A stretch of 64,000 bases of DNA from Camelus ferus (lineage: Eukaryota). The notes below the pieces were generated by a model, which saw only the letters and a list, made by a program, of their open reading frames with translations, was not told the DNA's origin and searched no databases. The position numbers and the translations under genes were made by a program. Shown here piece by piece: positions 46,216 to 59,999 of the stretch. Numbering within the stretch: position 1 is the first letter of the stretch; each line of letters opens with the position of its first letter. The stretch lies in assembly GCF_009834535.1 (NCBI RefSeq), contig NC_045696.1, positions 39,496,001-39,560,000 of the forward strand, written 5' to 3'.

Positions 46216-48069
46216 TTAAAGATGATGCAATAGAAAAGCTGAAGGAAAGGAAGATGTATCTGTTTGGAAAAACACTGAATGTGATACGATTATAACAAGA
46301 ACTGAAAAACTGTTATAACTATTATAACCTATAAGAATGTTTAATGATGTGGCTGGATGCAGGATAAATATCTACAATTTAACCTTTCTTATATAGTATC
46401 AATAAATAAAGTATTTTTAAAGATATATTATTTATGATACTCACAAATACATGAAATACCTAGGAATAATCCTCACAGAACTAGCTTGGAATCTATATAA
46501 AGTAAAATTAAAATATTTCCTGAAAGAAAGAAGCTTTGAATAATGGAAATAGGAGAAAAAAGATTAAATACGAAAATTGTGACACCTCCCAAGTCAGAAG
46601 TCTAGAACAATTTTGGTCATAATCCTAACAGAATTTTGAGGGTTTAGACAATTTAGCACTAAAGAGTAAGCTTCAGCCATGAGGAAAAACATGGGAACAT
46701 ACATAAAACTTACTTAACATCGTTAGTCATTGGGAAATGCAAACCAAAATCACAATGAGATACCATTGACTACACACTCAGAATGGCTAAAATTAAAATG
46801 ACTGTCAACACGATAAGCTGGCAAGGTGGTGAGATAACTGAATCTCTCATACACTTTTGGTGAGAATATAAAGTGGTACAAACACTTTGGAAAAAGATAT
46901 GTCATTTTATTATAAAATTAAGCATGTACATGCCTCATGCATTTTGGGAGGACACAAGTCATCCCGTAACAAATAATGATATTGTCTAAAATTGAGTAGA
47001 GAAAGCTATGGAGAAAAGACAGGAAGAAGGTATAAGCTAATTCATTTGATGTTCACAGTAGGAATCAATAGATACTGTCTGAAGAAAGGTCTTAAGAGTA
47101 TTATATAAAAAGTCTAATTATAAAGGCAGTGACTAGAATAAAAATATAAGGACTATAATTTTTAATATAACAGCCTCCATAGTGAAAGTTTATGTAAATA
47201 CAAACATCATATTTACATTGTATTTTGTAACCCTTATGTTAGCCCTTGTTTGTGTCCTAGTTTCACCGAGGAATATATTCAACCTCAGGACTTTTGCTAA
47301 AGTTTCCCTGATCATTTTCTAGTTGGGTCAGTTTTGTTCTTTGGGAGGTTCTTCAGTAAGGCTTAGCGTGGACAGTATTCCCTCAGTCCCTGAGTTGGCA
47401 GGACTTCTTGCCTGTAGCTTCGACACTTGAAGAACATCTTGGATGGATTTAAAATCCTTGGCTCAAACTTCCCTTTAGTGTCTAAGTATTGTTGCATTTC
47501 TGTTAGTATTGACTGTAGCTGTGCCAGCTTGGTTTTCCTTCCCTTGGAAGTGAACGTTTTTGCCCAGATGCCCAGAGTGTGCTTCTAGTGTGAGCAGTCT
47601 CCATCTGGTGTTTGCAGGATGTGTGTTAATAGCATATGTCTTGGTGTTCATCGTTCTGAGACAGTCTTTCCCATGTCTCCAATATGCCTTTTAATATCAA
47701 AATACAAGTCTTATTTCAGAGCATTGTCTAAAGTTTGTGTTACTCCATTCTTTTGGATTTCCTCCAAATGGAAGAACTCCAGTTATTCATATTTTGAATC
47801 ATTTCTGCTTATCTTTTACAACTTTCATTTAAAAAAATCTTTTTGCTTATTTCTCTTTTACTTCATTTTTTCTGCAGGTACTCTGTGTCCTGCTGTGCTC
47901 TCTATAGAATCTATTTCTCCTTATGTTCTTTTAATTTATTTTTTTTATGAAATGATTCTGTCTGTGTATTCTATTTCTTTCCTAAATTTTATTAGGTACC
48001 ATTTCAAATCTTCCTACTGACTGACCATCACCTTCCCTTTGTTGGCCATGTCTTCCCTGGGTTCATGTA

Positions 48070-48420
48070 TTTATTTTTTTTTTAAAGGTTACAGTCTGTT
48101 TACAGTTATTAAAAAATGTTGGCTAAATTTCCTACGCTGTACAGTACGTCCCTATAGTCTGTCTTACAGCCAGTAGGTTGTACCTCCCACTCCTCCAAGC
48201 CGTCCCCACTGGTAACCACTAATTTGTTCTCTATATCTGTGAGTCTGCTTGTTATTATTATTACATTCACCAGTTTCTTGTATTTTTTAGATTTTAAGAT
48301 AAATATCACATCGTATTTGTCTTTCTCTGACTTATGTCATTTGGCATAATGCCCTCCAAGTCATTCCACATTGCTGCAAATGTCAGTATTTCATTCCTTT
48401 TTATGGCTGAGTAGTATTCC

Positions 48421-48466
<46 letters not shown>

Positions 48467-50900
48467 GTGTTGTCTTTATCCAGTCATCTGTTGATGGAAC
48501 TTAGGTTGCTTCTGTACCTTGGCAATTGTAAATAATGCTGCTAGGAACATTAGGGTGCATATATCTTTTCAAATTAGTGTTTTTGTTTTTTTCAGATATA
48601 CCTGGGAGTAGAATTGCTGGGTCATATAGTAGTCTTTGTCTGGTTTTGGTATCAGGGTGAGGCTGGACTCATAGAATGAGTTTGTAAATGTTCCTTCTTC
48701 TGCAATTTTTTGGAATAGTTTAAGAAGGATAAATGTTAACTCTTCACTAAATGTTTGGTAGAATTCACTGTGAAGCCATCTGGTCCTGAACTTTTGTTTG
48801 TTGAGAGTTGTTTAATCACTGATTCATTTTCAATACTGGTAATTAATCTGTTCATATTTTGTACTTCCTCCTTGTTCAGAATTGGGAGATTGTACCTTTC
48901 TAAGAATTTGTCCATTTCTTCTAGGTTGTCTGTTTCCTTGGCATGTAGTTGTTTGTAGTAATTTCTTGTGATCCTGTGTATTTCTGTGATATCAGTTGTG
49001 ACTTCTCCTTTTTTATTTCTGATTTTACTGCTTTGGGCCCTCTCCCTTTTTTCTTGATGAGTCTGGCTACAGGTTTATCAATTTTGTTTATCTTTTCAAA
49101 GAACCAGCTTATAGTTTCACTGATATTTTATATTTTTAAAAAATCTTTATTTCATTTATTTCTGCTCTGATCTTTATGATTTCTTTCCTTCTACTAACTT
49201 TGGGTTTTGTTTGTTCTTTTTTCTCTAGTTGCTTTAGGTGTAAGGTTAGGCTGTTAATTTGAGGTTTTTCTTATTTCCTGAGGTAAACTTTATAGCGATA
49301 AACTTTCCTCTAGAAGTGCTTTTGCTGTGGTACCATAGGTTTTGGATCATTGTATTTTCATTTCCATTTGTCTCTAGGTATTTTTTTATTTCCTTTTTAA
49401 TTTCTTCAGTGGTCCATTGCTTGTTCAGTAGATATTGTTTAGCCTCCACGTGTTTGTATTTTTGCAGTTTTTTTTTCTTGTAGTTGCTTCCTAGTATCAT
49501 AGCATTGTAGTCAGAAAAGATGTTTGACATGATTTCAGTTTTCTTACATTTACTAAGGCTTGTGCTGTAGTCTAGGATGTTATCTATCCTGGAGAATGTT
49601 CCATGTGCACATGAAAAAATTGTGTATTCTGCTGCTTTGGGGTGGAATGTTCTATAAATATCAAGTCTGTTTGGTGTTGTTTAAGGCCAGTGTTTACTTA
49701 CTTGATTTTTTTGTCTGGATGATCTGTCCATTGATGAAGATGGGGTTTTAAAGTCCTCTACTATTATTGTGTTACTACTGATTTCTCCTTCTATGTCTGT
49801 TAATATTTGCCTTATATATTTAGGTGCTCATATGTTGGGTGTATATATATTTACAATTGTTGTATCTTCTTCTTGGATTGATCCTTTGATCATTTTGTAG
49901 TGTTCTTCTTCCTCTCTTGTAACTGGCTTTTTTTAAAAGTCTGTTTTGTCTGATATAAGTATTGCTACACTGGCTTTCTTTTGATTTCCATTTGCTTGGA
50001 ATACCTTTTCCCATCCCCTCGCTTTCAGTCTGTATGTGACTCTAGATCTGAAGTGAGTCTCTCGTAGGCAGCATATATCTGAAGTGAGTCTTTTGTACCC
50101 ATTCAGCCAGTCTGTGTCTTTTGGTTGGAGCATTAAGTCTGTCCTACATTTAAGGTAGTTTTCAATATGTATGTTAGTTGTTTTAGGGTTTTTTTTTGTA
50201 GATCTTTTTGTTTGTTTGTTTTTACCTTCTTATTTTGTTCTCTTCTTTTGTGATTTGATGACAATCATTAGTGTTATGTTTAGATTCCTTTTTCTTTTAT
50301 ATGTGAATATCTGTTGATTTTTGGTTTGTGGTTACCATGAGGTTTTCATATAGGAGTCTGTATACATAATGATCACTTTAAGTTTCTGATCTCTTAATTT
50401 CAAATGCATTTTTTAAATCCTGCATTTTTACTCTCCTCCCCTCATGATTACTGTTTTTGACATCATATTTTACATCTGATTGTTTTGTGTATCCCTTAAC
50501 TGCACATTGTGAATATAGATGATTTTACTACTTCTGTCTTTTAACCTTCTTAGCTTTGTGTGTTGATGATTTCTTACCTTTATGGTATGTTTGCCTTTCC
50601 TGGTGAACTTTTTTATTTCATAATTTTCTTATTTCTAGTTGTGGCCTTTTCTTTTTGCCTCAAGAAGCTCCTTTAACATTTGTTGTAAAGCTGGCTGGAT
50701 GGTGCTGAACTCTTTTAGCTTTTGCTTGTCTCTAAAGCTGCTGATTTCTGCATCAAATCTGAATGAGAGCCTTGCTGAGTAAAGTATTCTTGGTTATAGG
50801 TTTTTCTTTTTTATCACTTTAAATATATCATGCCACTCCCTTTCTGGCCTACAAAGTTTCTGCTGAAAAATCAGCTTATGGGAGTTTCCTTGCATGTTAT
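48070..50900 (-). mobile_element. Large L1 relic (3' UTR joined to a decayed ORF2 endonuclease region), with (TG)n at 48423-48462
   Basis: Minus-strand fragments ICCLRETHF..LKARGWEKVFQANGNQKKASVAILISDKTDF and EEIKKEIKKYLETNGNENTMIQNLW are L1 ORF2p; many stops. Confidence 0.9.
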
Positions 50901-51455
50901 CATGTGGGTTGGTTTTGTTTGTTTGGTTGGTTGGTTGGTTGGTTTTTTGTTTTTGTCTTCCTTCCTGGCGGCACTTGCATCAAGAATTTTTCCCCTTTTA
51001 TTCATGTTGAATGATGTATTATTGTACTTTTCTTTTGCTTTGGAGCGATATTTTTCTAGTGTGTGTTCTTAATCTGTAGGGAAGCTTTGTATCTATTTTC
51101 AGTTCTTTTTTTGCCCTTTTGTTTTCCTAAAGCAGTTTCCTTTGGGTGTTCTGGCTGCACAATACTTTGCCAATTATGTTTGAATAAGTCAGATTTTTCT
51201 CAATTAGAAGGAGGATCTATTGAAGTGAGGGAAAGGGTAGCTTTCCCAGTTTCTCAGCTCACTAGCTCCCTCCTCTATTTCTATAATAAATGCCACTTCT
51301 GGTACTAAGCCTCACCTAAATTTCATATTTTAACTTGGTTCACAAAGGTTTCAATCATCAGTTCCAAACTTACATTGTATCTTCACCATCTCTGGTACAG
51401 AAGTACTTTCACCAAGGTATCCTGTTTCTAATTTCCACTTTCTGACACCACTCCC

Positions 51456-52131
51456 TTTTATTTATTTATTTATTGTTGTCAAATAACAGTTTATTATTTT
51501 CTTTTGTAGTTCTTTTTTAAAATTTTTTTATTGTTTAGGGTTTTTTCTCCTTTTGTAGTCCTTAACCTAGCTAGGCATTGCAGAGCAAAACTGTTGATGT
51601 TATCTGTGATGTGATGGTGGTGGCCATCAACATTGTAGCGCATGGACTGAGAAGTCTCCAGGATCTCTTTAATGGTTCCAGAGAGTTCTCTAGCTAAAGA
51701 TCAGTGCCACATCTGTTGGGCAATATTGACAATCTCATGAAAAGCGATGTTTCCACTCTGCTTACTATTTTTCTGTTTCTTTCTGTCTCCTGGCAGTTCT
51801 TTGAGGGCTTTGATGATCAGGGCAGAAGCAGAAGGTACCACCTCAGTCTAGCCCTATATGTTCTGAATAGTCAATTTCACTGTAATCCTCAGACCCTTCC
51901 TTGGCATAGCCATCACCAGCTCTTTTTTGGAGACAGACCCAAGGGGTCCACCTTGCTGGCCAGGACAGATGTGGCACTGACTTCCCCACCAGTGCACCTC
52001 AGGCATATGACTTTGATCTTCTTGAGGTTGAACTTAGGTGGCAAGGTTGAGGCAGATGGTGTTGCATGATCCTGGATTCAGGCTGTCCCAATAAAGTTGC
52101 ACCTTGGCTGCCTCAAACTAAAAGCTGAAAG
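51456..52131 (-). pseudogene. RPL12: Processed pseudogene of ribosomal protein L12 (uL11)
   Basis: Intronless. Degenerate PPKF.../[59 protein letters not shown] has become TTG (52044-52042), with a frameshift and deletion near 51900 and stops. It retains the 5' UTR (GCCAAGGTGCAACTT), AATAAA and a decayed poly(A) tail near 51456-51475. Confidence 0.95.
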
Positions 52132-53999
52132 CTCCCTCTCTTTCAAAAGTGCTATTTTCTTGCGTCTGCCTCGTCTGTGTGACTCCTCACCCAAACACAT
52201 TCTAAGCCTTCTGTCTCCAACACTCTCACTGCACCTGCCCTCTTTGATCACAGTTCTCACTGATGATGGGACCTCAGCCTTTTGGGAGGAAATATTTACT
52301 GTTGATTTCTGATATCTGCCACATCTAAAACACTTCTGTACATCCTGTTCTTCTCAGAAACACCTGCATCACTGTTGTGGCTTCCTGAATTAAACTTCTT
52401 ACTTCCGATGCCAAAACAGTTATCATCTAGGATACATAAAGGGAGAAAGTGGAAGAGAAAGAATCCAGTAATAATAGATGTCATAAAGCACATCCACTGA
52501 AATGTTTACTTCCTAAATGTGAGCAATACCTCTTGAATGCATAAACCATGTCATTTGTCTGCTAAAGAGCATTAAGGAATAGAGGCTGCGCTGGCAGAAA
52601 ACCCTCCTAGAAACATCAGGTATATAAATGCAAAAAGGCAAGCCTTCATAAAGAATCATGAATTCAACCTAGATTAGAGGAAGCCAATTGATTTTGTAAA
52701 TACAGAAAAGAGAGGTACTGATTTAGGAAAAAAATCAAAATCACTTAGCCTGGATTGTTAACCTCATTCTTTTGCATCTGCAGGAAACTCTTACAAGTAG
52801 ATGATCCAGAAATCTCCAACTCAAACAGCAATGATAAATAAAAAGGAAGAAGGGGTTGGGCGAGGAGAACTGGCTTGACTACAGATGCTATTAGAGAAAA
52901 AGGAGGGGAAATAAATCACAATTTATTAACATATGAGGAGTTCTCTGGCATGGAACAGTTGAAAACTATGAACAAATGTTTTAGTTTTAGCTACCCTAGT
53001 GGGTGTACAGTGCATCCTGCTGAAGTTTTCATTTGCAATTCCCTGATGACTGTGGAAAGCAAATGTCTAAAGCTGTTAGGAAGTAAGTTTGGAGAATAAC
53101 TGTACCTTCTGCCTTGGTCCTCTATAGGAGCAGAACTGAGCCTGATTAAGAGGAATATCACAAATGCAATCTTCTGGGAGGGCAACATACAGACACTGAA
53201 GACTCTCCAGGATCCTGCCTGTTAGCATTAGAGGTATGACCACTGGGTCACTGCATGGAGGTTGCTCACAGACATTATTATTACCAGTATTGTGTTTTCT
53301 TAAATCCTGAGAGACACAAGGGGAACTATGCCTTTGCAAATGATTTATTTGTGCCTCTTTAATTCCTAACAACGTGAAGTTACCAGTAGAAAATAAATTT
53401 CTTAAAAACACTGTGGAGATAGTTTCTTAAACATCAGAAAGCAAAATTGCTAGGTTTTGTACATCTTCAGTCATACTAAATCAGTTCAATTAAACAAGTA
53501 TCTATTGAACACCTTCTAGTTAACATGGACTTAACTTGGATGCTGGGGATACAAAATTAAATGAGCTTTGCCATAAAGATGTGTACTGTCTAGTAAAGAA
53601 CACGTATATATGTAAATAATTAGAATTCAGTGTGGTAAATGCACCCATAAAAGCCTGTGTGAGGCAGAGAAGAACACAGAAAAAGAGTGACCTTCTCTGC
53701 CAGAGTAGGGGGACACAGCATGAAAAACTTCTGATCTGGACCTGGATGGATGACTCAGAGTTCAATAGGATGGGGGAAGCGGGATAGAGCTCTTCAGGCT
53801 TAGCTAGTGGTATCAGGTCAGATCATGTAGTGTCTTTCATGGCATGTTAGCATGCTTGGGTTCTGTTCTTCAGAGGATGGGAAAGCAACAAGTTTAGACA
53901 TAGATATGGCTTGATTAGATTTGCAGTTTAGAGCAAGAGACCTTAGTAGCACAGTAGCTGATGGTGTTGTTCTTATTCTGACTTTGCTATCTGTGTGTA

Positions 54000-55370
54000 T
54001 CATGTGATAAAACAAGTGACTAACTGTGTTGGTGTTTTTGAGAATTGAGATGTCCTGTGTGGGACTGAAGTGTAAGATCAATGAGGTTAAGTAAAAATCC
54101 TGTTGGATATTTAATTGTGAATATCAGAACGAGCTCATGATGTATTTATCTTTTTAAAAGATAAATTGCCCATTGAAAAGATTCAGAGACAAGTAGCAGT
54201 GAGTATCCCGACACCTTCATTTTGATCTCTAAATACCATTTGTCACTAAAAGGAACAAGGGCTCCTTTGAGAATGGCTGCATGTAGCTCTGAGTTAGGAA
54301 ATAGGTTAAATAATCCTGAAACTTGTTATGTTAAAAAGCAAAGCCAACAAAAAGAACTCAGAACAAACTTGAAGGAGCTTCCTTTGGGTAAGGTTAACCA
54401 CTTTGAGAAAAATAACTGCAGTGAATTGAAACATACAAAATATGCTTTAATTTGTGAGTAAAAATTAAATAATAATAAATTATTAATAATTATTATTTTA
54501 AAATTCTAATAAATAATAGTAAAAACAGTGGTCACCTTTGGAGGATAGTAGAGAGCTAACTTGTAACTTAGAAACTGGTAAAGAAAAGGATCAAGGATTT
54601 ATTTTGACCTGTCTTTCCTATATGAACTACCTTAGAGTAACCAAATAGTGATAAGGAATTTTCCTTCTAGAAAATAATACAGTGTGAAATTTACCATTTT
54701 TCCAATCCTTAAAAATAATTAGGTAGTGATCATCATTGGTTGCTATTAACAGAAAGAAAACCACTCAGGCATTGTGTGCTTCCTAGTCTCCTAGTGAAAT
54801 TACACACTATTACATTATGAAGTAATTTTGAAAACAAAAGGTGAAACCACATATCAAGCCTCAAGATTTAACTGCCACCTACAGGAAATACAGAGAAGAA
54901 TCCACTGAACAACAAAATAAGAATGCAACCAACAAAATCCAGAATGTGGGCAACTATAGAACAAATATCCCAGGTTCTCTAACAAATAAATTACATGGGG
55001 AAAAAGAGGGAAGAGGAATGTGGCCTTTGTTTTATTCTGATTAAAACAGATTTTAAAAATTTTTAAATGATAAACATTATAAGATAACCAGTGAAATTTG
55101 AACACTGATAGAATATTTGATGATATTAAGGAGTTATTATGAACTATTTTTAGCTCTGTTCATTGTATTATGGTTATGTATAAAATAAGAATTGTTACCT
55201 TTTAGAGATACTGATTAAAACATTTATGAATGAAATGATTAAATTTTAAAAAGGGGAGAAGAGAGTAGGGTAAAGATGAAGCAAGATTTTGTTATTGTTG
55301 CAACTGAGTGATAGCATCCTTGGGGATTTATTTATTACAGTATTCTGTATAATTTTCAATAATAACTTTT
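54000..55370 (+). mobile_element. Old L1MC-type 3' region
   Basis: ttgatctctaaataccatt..cactaaaaggaac...tttgatgatattaaggagttatt; bounds approximate. Confidence 0.55.
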
Positions 55371-57624
55371 TTTCTTTTACTTGCTTTTGAAGGACAGTCT
55401 TATTTCCCTAATGTCTGATTCAGGACAGGGAGAGGCCAATTTACCATAATCTCCAGGTGCTAATATTGGCACCCTGCATTTTTTGCCCAGTGTCCGTCTT
55501 TCCTTCACAGAGCTCTCTGTGATAGTCACCACATTAATGTTCACCTTGTTGTGCTCTACAGAGAGGTCAGAGTTCCAAGAACCAGTCATTAGTCCTCTTC
55601 AAGTTGCTACATTTATCACTGGGCCAAGGATGTCTGGTTTCTTGTTCCCTTAGGTAAAGCACAGTGCAAATTGCTACTAGTAAATGAGCTACTGGAGTAT
55701 TTAAAAGCCTTTTCTTCTGCTAGTTTTTCTTCAGGACAGAAAGGTTTCCAAAGAAGGAGGCCGAAAAACAACCAAAACACAGACATCCTTGATGTCTCCG
55801 ACTTTCACGTTGAATTGAAAGACTCTCACATAACATCTGCATCAAGCAGGCTTTCTGTGTAGCCTGTGCAGCTGCCAGGATTGTTGGGCTCTCAGTGACT
55901 CCACCTTACATCTGAATATGAGTGCATTACAGATTTTATTGAGATTTGGGGGTAATAAATGAGAAGTCCACAAAGCATAAAAAAAGTTAGCAAATTTAAA
56001 TAGAGTCATAGCTCTTCCACTGCCCAAAGCCTCTCAGCCAACCTGTGATCTCTTAGCAGTTTCTCTTCATAGCTAACCAGGGTATTGTGGGTCCTTGCCT
56101 CTCTGTTCTAAGATTTCTCCAATATCTCAGTACTTGGATCTCCATCATTGACTTATGAAGAAACTAAAAATTATTGCTTCATTAGCATGCAAAGCACTAA
56201 ACGCTTCTTTGTTTGAACCTGATCAAGAGGGCCAAAATCTGTTCACACATCTTCCTAAACAGATGTGCAGCTATCTGGCTGGTAGGTATTCTGCCTTCCT
56301 CCTAAGCTAACGAGCTCAAACTATTGCTTACCTTCCAGGATAACAAGCGTTTAAAATAAACATTTTTTTTTCTTTTCCTTACAGAATATTTCTGTTTAAA
56401 CTACAGTAGGCACTATGATTTGCCTTACACATTGATAGGAAAAAATAAGATTGCCAATGATGTACGTAGAAAGAGAACAGCTAGGTGGGAGCAAACATAC
56501 CCACAATAAATATACCCAGAATCTGTGTAGCTTTTTACTAGTGACGTTGTGTTTTAGGATGCCTGTTGCTTAAAATATTGTCTGGGATGGGGAAAACAAC
56601 CTTCCTGAGTTGTGACTGATTTTTGCATTTTGTTGTGGTAAGCTGACCTACTGCGAAGCTGAAATTGTAAACATATATGGAAAAGCAACTTAAACATGCT
56701 GCTTACTAAAAAGCATAAAATGATGGTAGAAGCATGACATATTTTAAAAGCTACTTTCTGGGGATGAGGTAATGACAGTAACAGCCAGAACTTCCTGAAG
56801 GCATGTGATGTACTCATCCAAGTGCTGCACATTAGTGCACTTGATTTACCTTAACTCATCCTAAGTGTCCTTCAGATTTAAGCCAAGGAACACCACTTTG
56901 GTGGAGGTACTGCTATTAGTCCCAACTATGGTGAGGAACCTAAAAGGTCCAGTAACTCACCCAAGGTAGTCTGGTGAGGTCCTCTTAACCCCAGAACCCC
57001 TACTCCATGATAATGAACTTGATATGAGGATCCTCAGTTATTCAAATTAGAAACAAAGGCAGGTAATCTCTTGGTCCCTTGTTCTCAGGGGACTATATGT
57101 TCTTTTGTCCTGTCTCTATCTGGGTATTGCTTTTTTTTTTTTTTCTCTTTGCAGTTTCTCTGCCTTGTTAGCTCACGGTCAACTGATTCCTCTCAACTTG
57201 ATATGTCCTTCATTTAAGCAACCAGCAAAAACTGACCGCTAGCTTTGAATCACAGTTTTGAAGCACTATGAGAAAGACTTCAATTAGCCTTAGGAGTCAG
57301 GGATCTCTTGCCCCCGGGGACAAAAGCAGTGGCTATGGGAGGAAAGCAAGGTCACACATTATAAATATGGCTGCCAGGGTACATGAAGGTAGTTTTCAGA
57401 GAAGTGTATGGGTTGGCAGAAAACCTAAAATGCATCTGTTATTAGACTGTACATGTGTTCACTGCATTCGTATCCTTTGCATATAGAAGTCAGTTTCGAT
57501 TAAAGTCACAGGAATGTTTGCAGATAAACACACTTTTTCAGCCTACCTTTCTGGAACAAAACTTGTTTGTATTCTTCCATGGCCTGAAAAACACAGAATT
57601 TGTATAAACTTAAGATAGAAATCT

Positions 57625-58057
57625 GTATTCGCTTTCTAGAGCCTCCACAGCAAAGTAGGCAGCTTAAAACGACAGAAATTTATTCTCTCACAGTCCTGTA
57701 GGCCAAAGGTCCAAAGTCAAGGTGTCAGCAGGGCTGGTTCCTTCTGTAGACTCTAAGGGAGAAACTGTCTTATGCCTCTCTACCAGCTTCCGGTGTTTGC
57801 TGGCAATTCTTGGCATTCCTTGGCTTGTTGAAGCATCACTCCAGTCTCTGCCTGCATCTTCACATTGCCTCTCCCTGTGTTTTTCCTCTTCTGTCTCCTA
57901 TAAGGACATTTGCGTTAGATTTAGGACCCACCCTAACCCAGCATGATTTCATTTTGATGCTTATCCTAATTGTATCTGCAAAGACGCTTATTCCAAATCA
58001 GATCACATTTTGAGGTTCTGGGTAGACATGAATTTTGGGGGACACCATCCAACCAAC
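57625..58057. mobile_element. MaLR (MLT1A-type) LTR
   Basis: gcttaaaacgacagaaatttattctctcacagt...ttaggacccaccctaa...ggggacaccatccaacc. Confidence 0.8.
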
Positions 58058-59104
58058 TCCTCACAGCATCCACCCAGAAAGTCTCCTTGCAGCTAAGATA
58101 CTAGCACCCCTACTTATCTCCTCTAAATTGATTTGTTCTTTCATCAAACACTTTCTGTGTGGCAGGCACTGTTCTAAGCATTTCACAAATGGTAACTCAT
58201 TTGATGATTATGAATTGGTGTCGATTTTCTTCTGGGTTAGCTCTCCCATGTGTGAAAGGCTGCCAGCCCTTCCCTTGGCAGCTGGTCCAGGCTCTGTGTT
58301 CTGTGCATGGGGACTTTGATAAAGACTGATCCGAGACCCACCTGCAGCCACCTGACACTGGCAGTCTAGGTGGTCTCTCACCTAAGAGTGAAATGTCACC
58401 TCCTGGAGAGAGCTAAGTAAGAGATTCAGGAAACTGACAGATACAACTTAAGATTCCTTGTGCAAGTATCTCCTTGGAAAATGGGCAACAAGAAAGCTCC
58501 CTAAGGAAAAAAGGATGGTAATGAAGACAGACAAGCAGCCCCAGCAGGAAGCAGAACCAGCTACGTACACCATGCAGTGTTCAGGGATGTTCCCTGAGCT
58601 TCAGTGACAGGGAGGAGATGTCCAGGCCATGTGCCCCACCAAGTTTTTCTAGATTGCCACCTTTTTCTCTTCTCCACTAAAGCCCAGTAAGGCAGCTTCT
58701 AATTAAGGTGCTCAGTTGAACTGAATATTTTTTAATATTCTGTTTGTTTGTTTTGCTTTAAAATACTATGAGGATCTATAATATAGCAAGCTGAGAGCCA
58801 AATAAGAATCCAGCAAATGATGTTTATTTCCTTTTAATGGAATAACCAGTGTAAGAGTTTGCATAAGATTTAAAGCTACTGATTTACTTAGAACTGATAT
58901 GTATCTGCCCGGGTTCAGTGCTGTTCCTTCAGTATCTTTACATCTTCATAAAGCATAGATGAGCTGAAGTCTTTATTTTGTAGGCACTCCATAAAATCTT
59001 ATGGTACTTTGTGATCAGGCAGAAAGATTAACTGCCATCAAATGACAGAACAGTAAGTGTCACAGAACAGTAAAAGGATAAAAATGATACATGTGCTAGA
59101 ATTT

Positions 59105-59975
59105 TTAAAAAAGAATGAAATCTTGCCTTTTGCAACAATATGAAAGGACCTAGAGGGTATTATACTAAGTGAAGTAAGTCAGAGAAAGACAAATACTATA
59201 TGATTTCATTTATATGTGGAATCTAAAAAGCAAAACAAATGGACAAACATTAAAAAAAAAAAAAGAAACAGTTATAGACACAAAGAACAACAGGTGGTTG
59301 CCAGAGGAGAGGGAGATGGGGGAGGAAAGAAATAGGTGAGAGAGGTTAAGAGGTACAAACTTCTAGATGTAAAACAAATGAGTCACACAGGTCTGAAATG
59401 TATAGTGTGGAGAATATAGTCAATAACTAAGTAATATCTTTGTATGGTGATATATCATAACTAGACCTATCATGACGATCATTTTGAAATGTATGAGGAA
59501 AAAAAAATCACTATGTTATGTAACAGAAACTAACATAGTGTTGTAGGTCAATTATACTTCAAAAACAAACAAACAAACATGCAGACAAACTCAGAAAAAG
59601 AGATCACATTTGTGGTTACCAGAGGCAGAGGGTAGGGGAGAGGGGATTGGACGAAGGCAGTCAAAAGATATTACAAACCTCCAGTTATAAGATAGGTAAG
59701 TACTAAGGATATAATGTACAACATGATAAAAATAATTAACACTGCTGTATGTTGCGTATGAATATTAAGAGAGTAAATCCTGTGTTCTCATCACAAGGAA
59801 AACTTTTTTTTCTTTTTCTTTAATTTTGTTTCTATCTGAGATGTTTAATGTTCACTAAACTTATTGTGATAATTATTTCATGATGTATGTAAGTCAAAAC
59901 ATTATGCTGTATACCTTGAACTTCTACAGTGCTGTATGTCAATTATATTTCAATACAACTGGAAGAAAAAAAAAG
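59105..59975 (+). mobile_element. L1MA-type 3' end with a repeated 3' segment
   Basis: aatgaaatcttgccttttgcaacaa...agagaaagacaaatac...caattatatttcaat followed by an A tail. Confidence 0.8.
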
Positions 59976-59999
59976 AAATATTTGCCACAATGAGAAGTA

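Noticed and set aside
47619..50133. Several 60-133 aa ORFs
   Set aside because: Fragments or antisense frames of decayed L1 sequence; no intact ORF2.
51704..52069. 121-aa plus-strand ORF
   Set aside because: Antisense shadow of the RPL12 pseudogene.
52615..52845. TATATAAA followed by an acceptor-like TTTGCATCTGCAG
   Set aside because: All frames stop quickly and there is no ferritin-like or other recognisable coding signal; a second gene cannot be supported.
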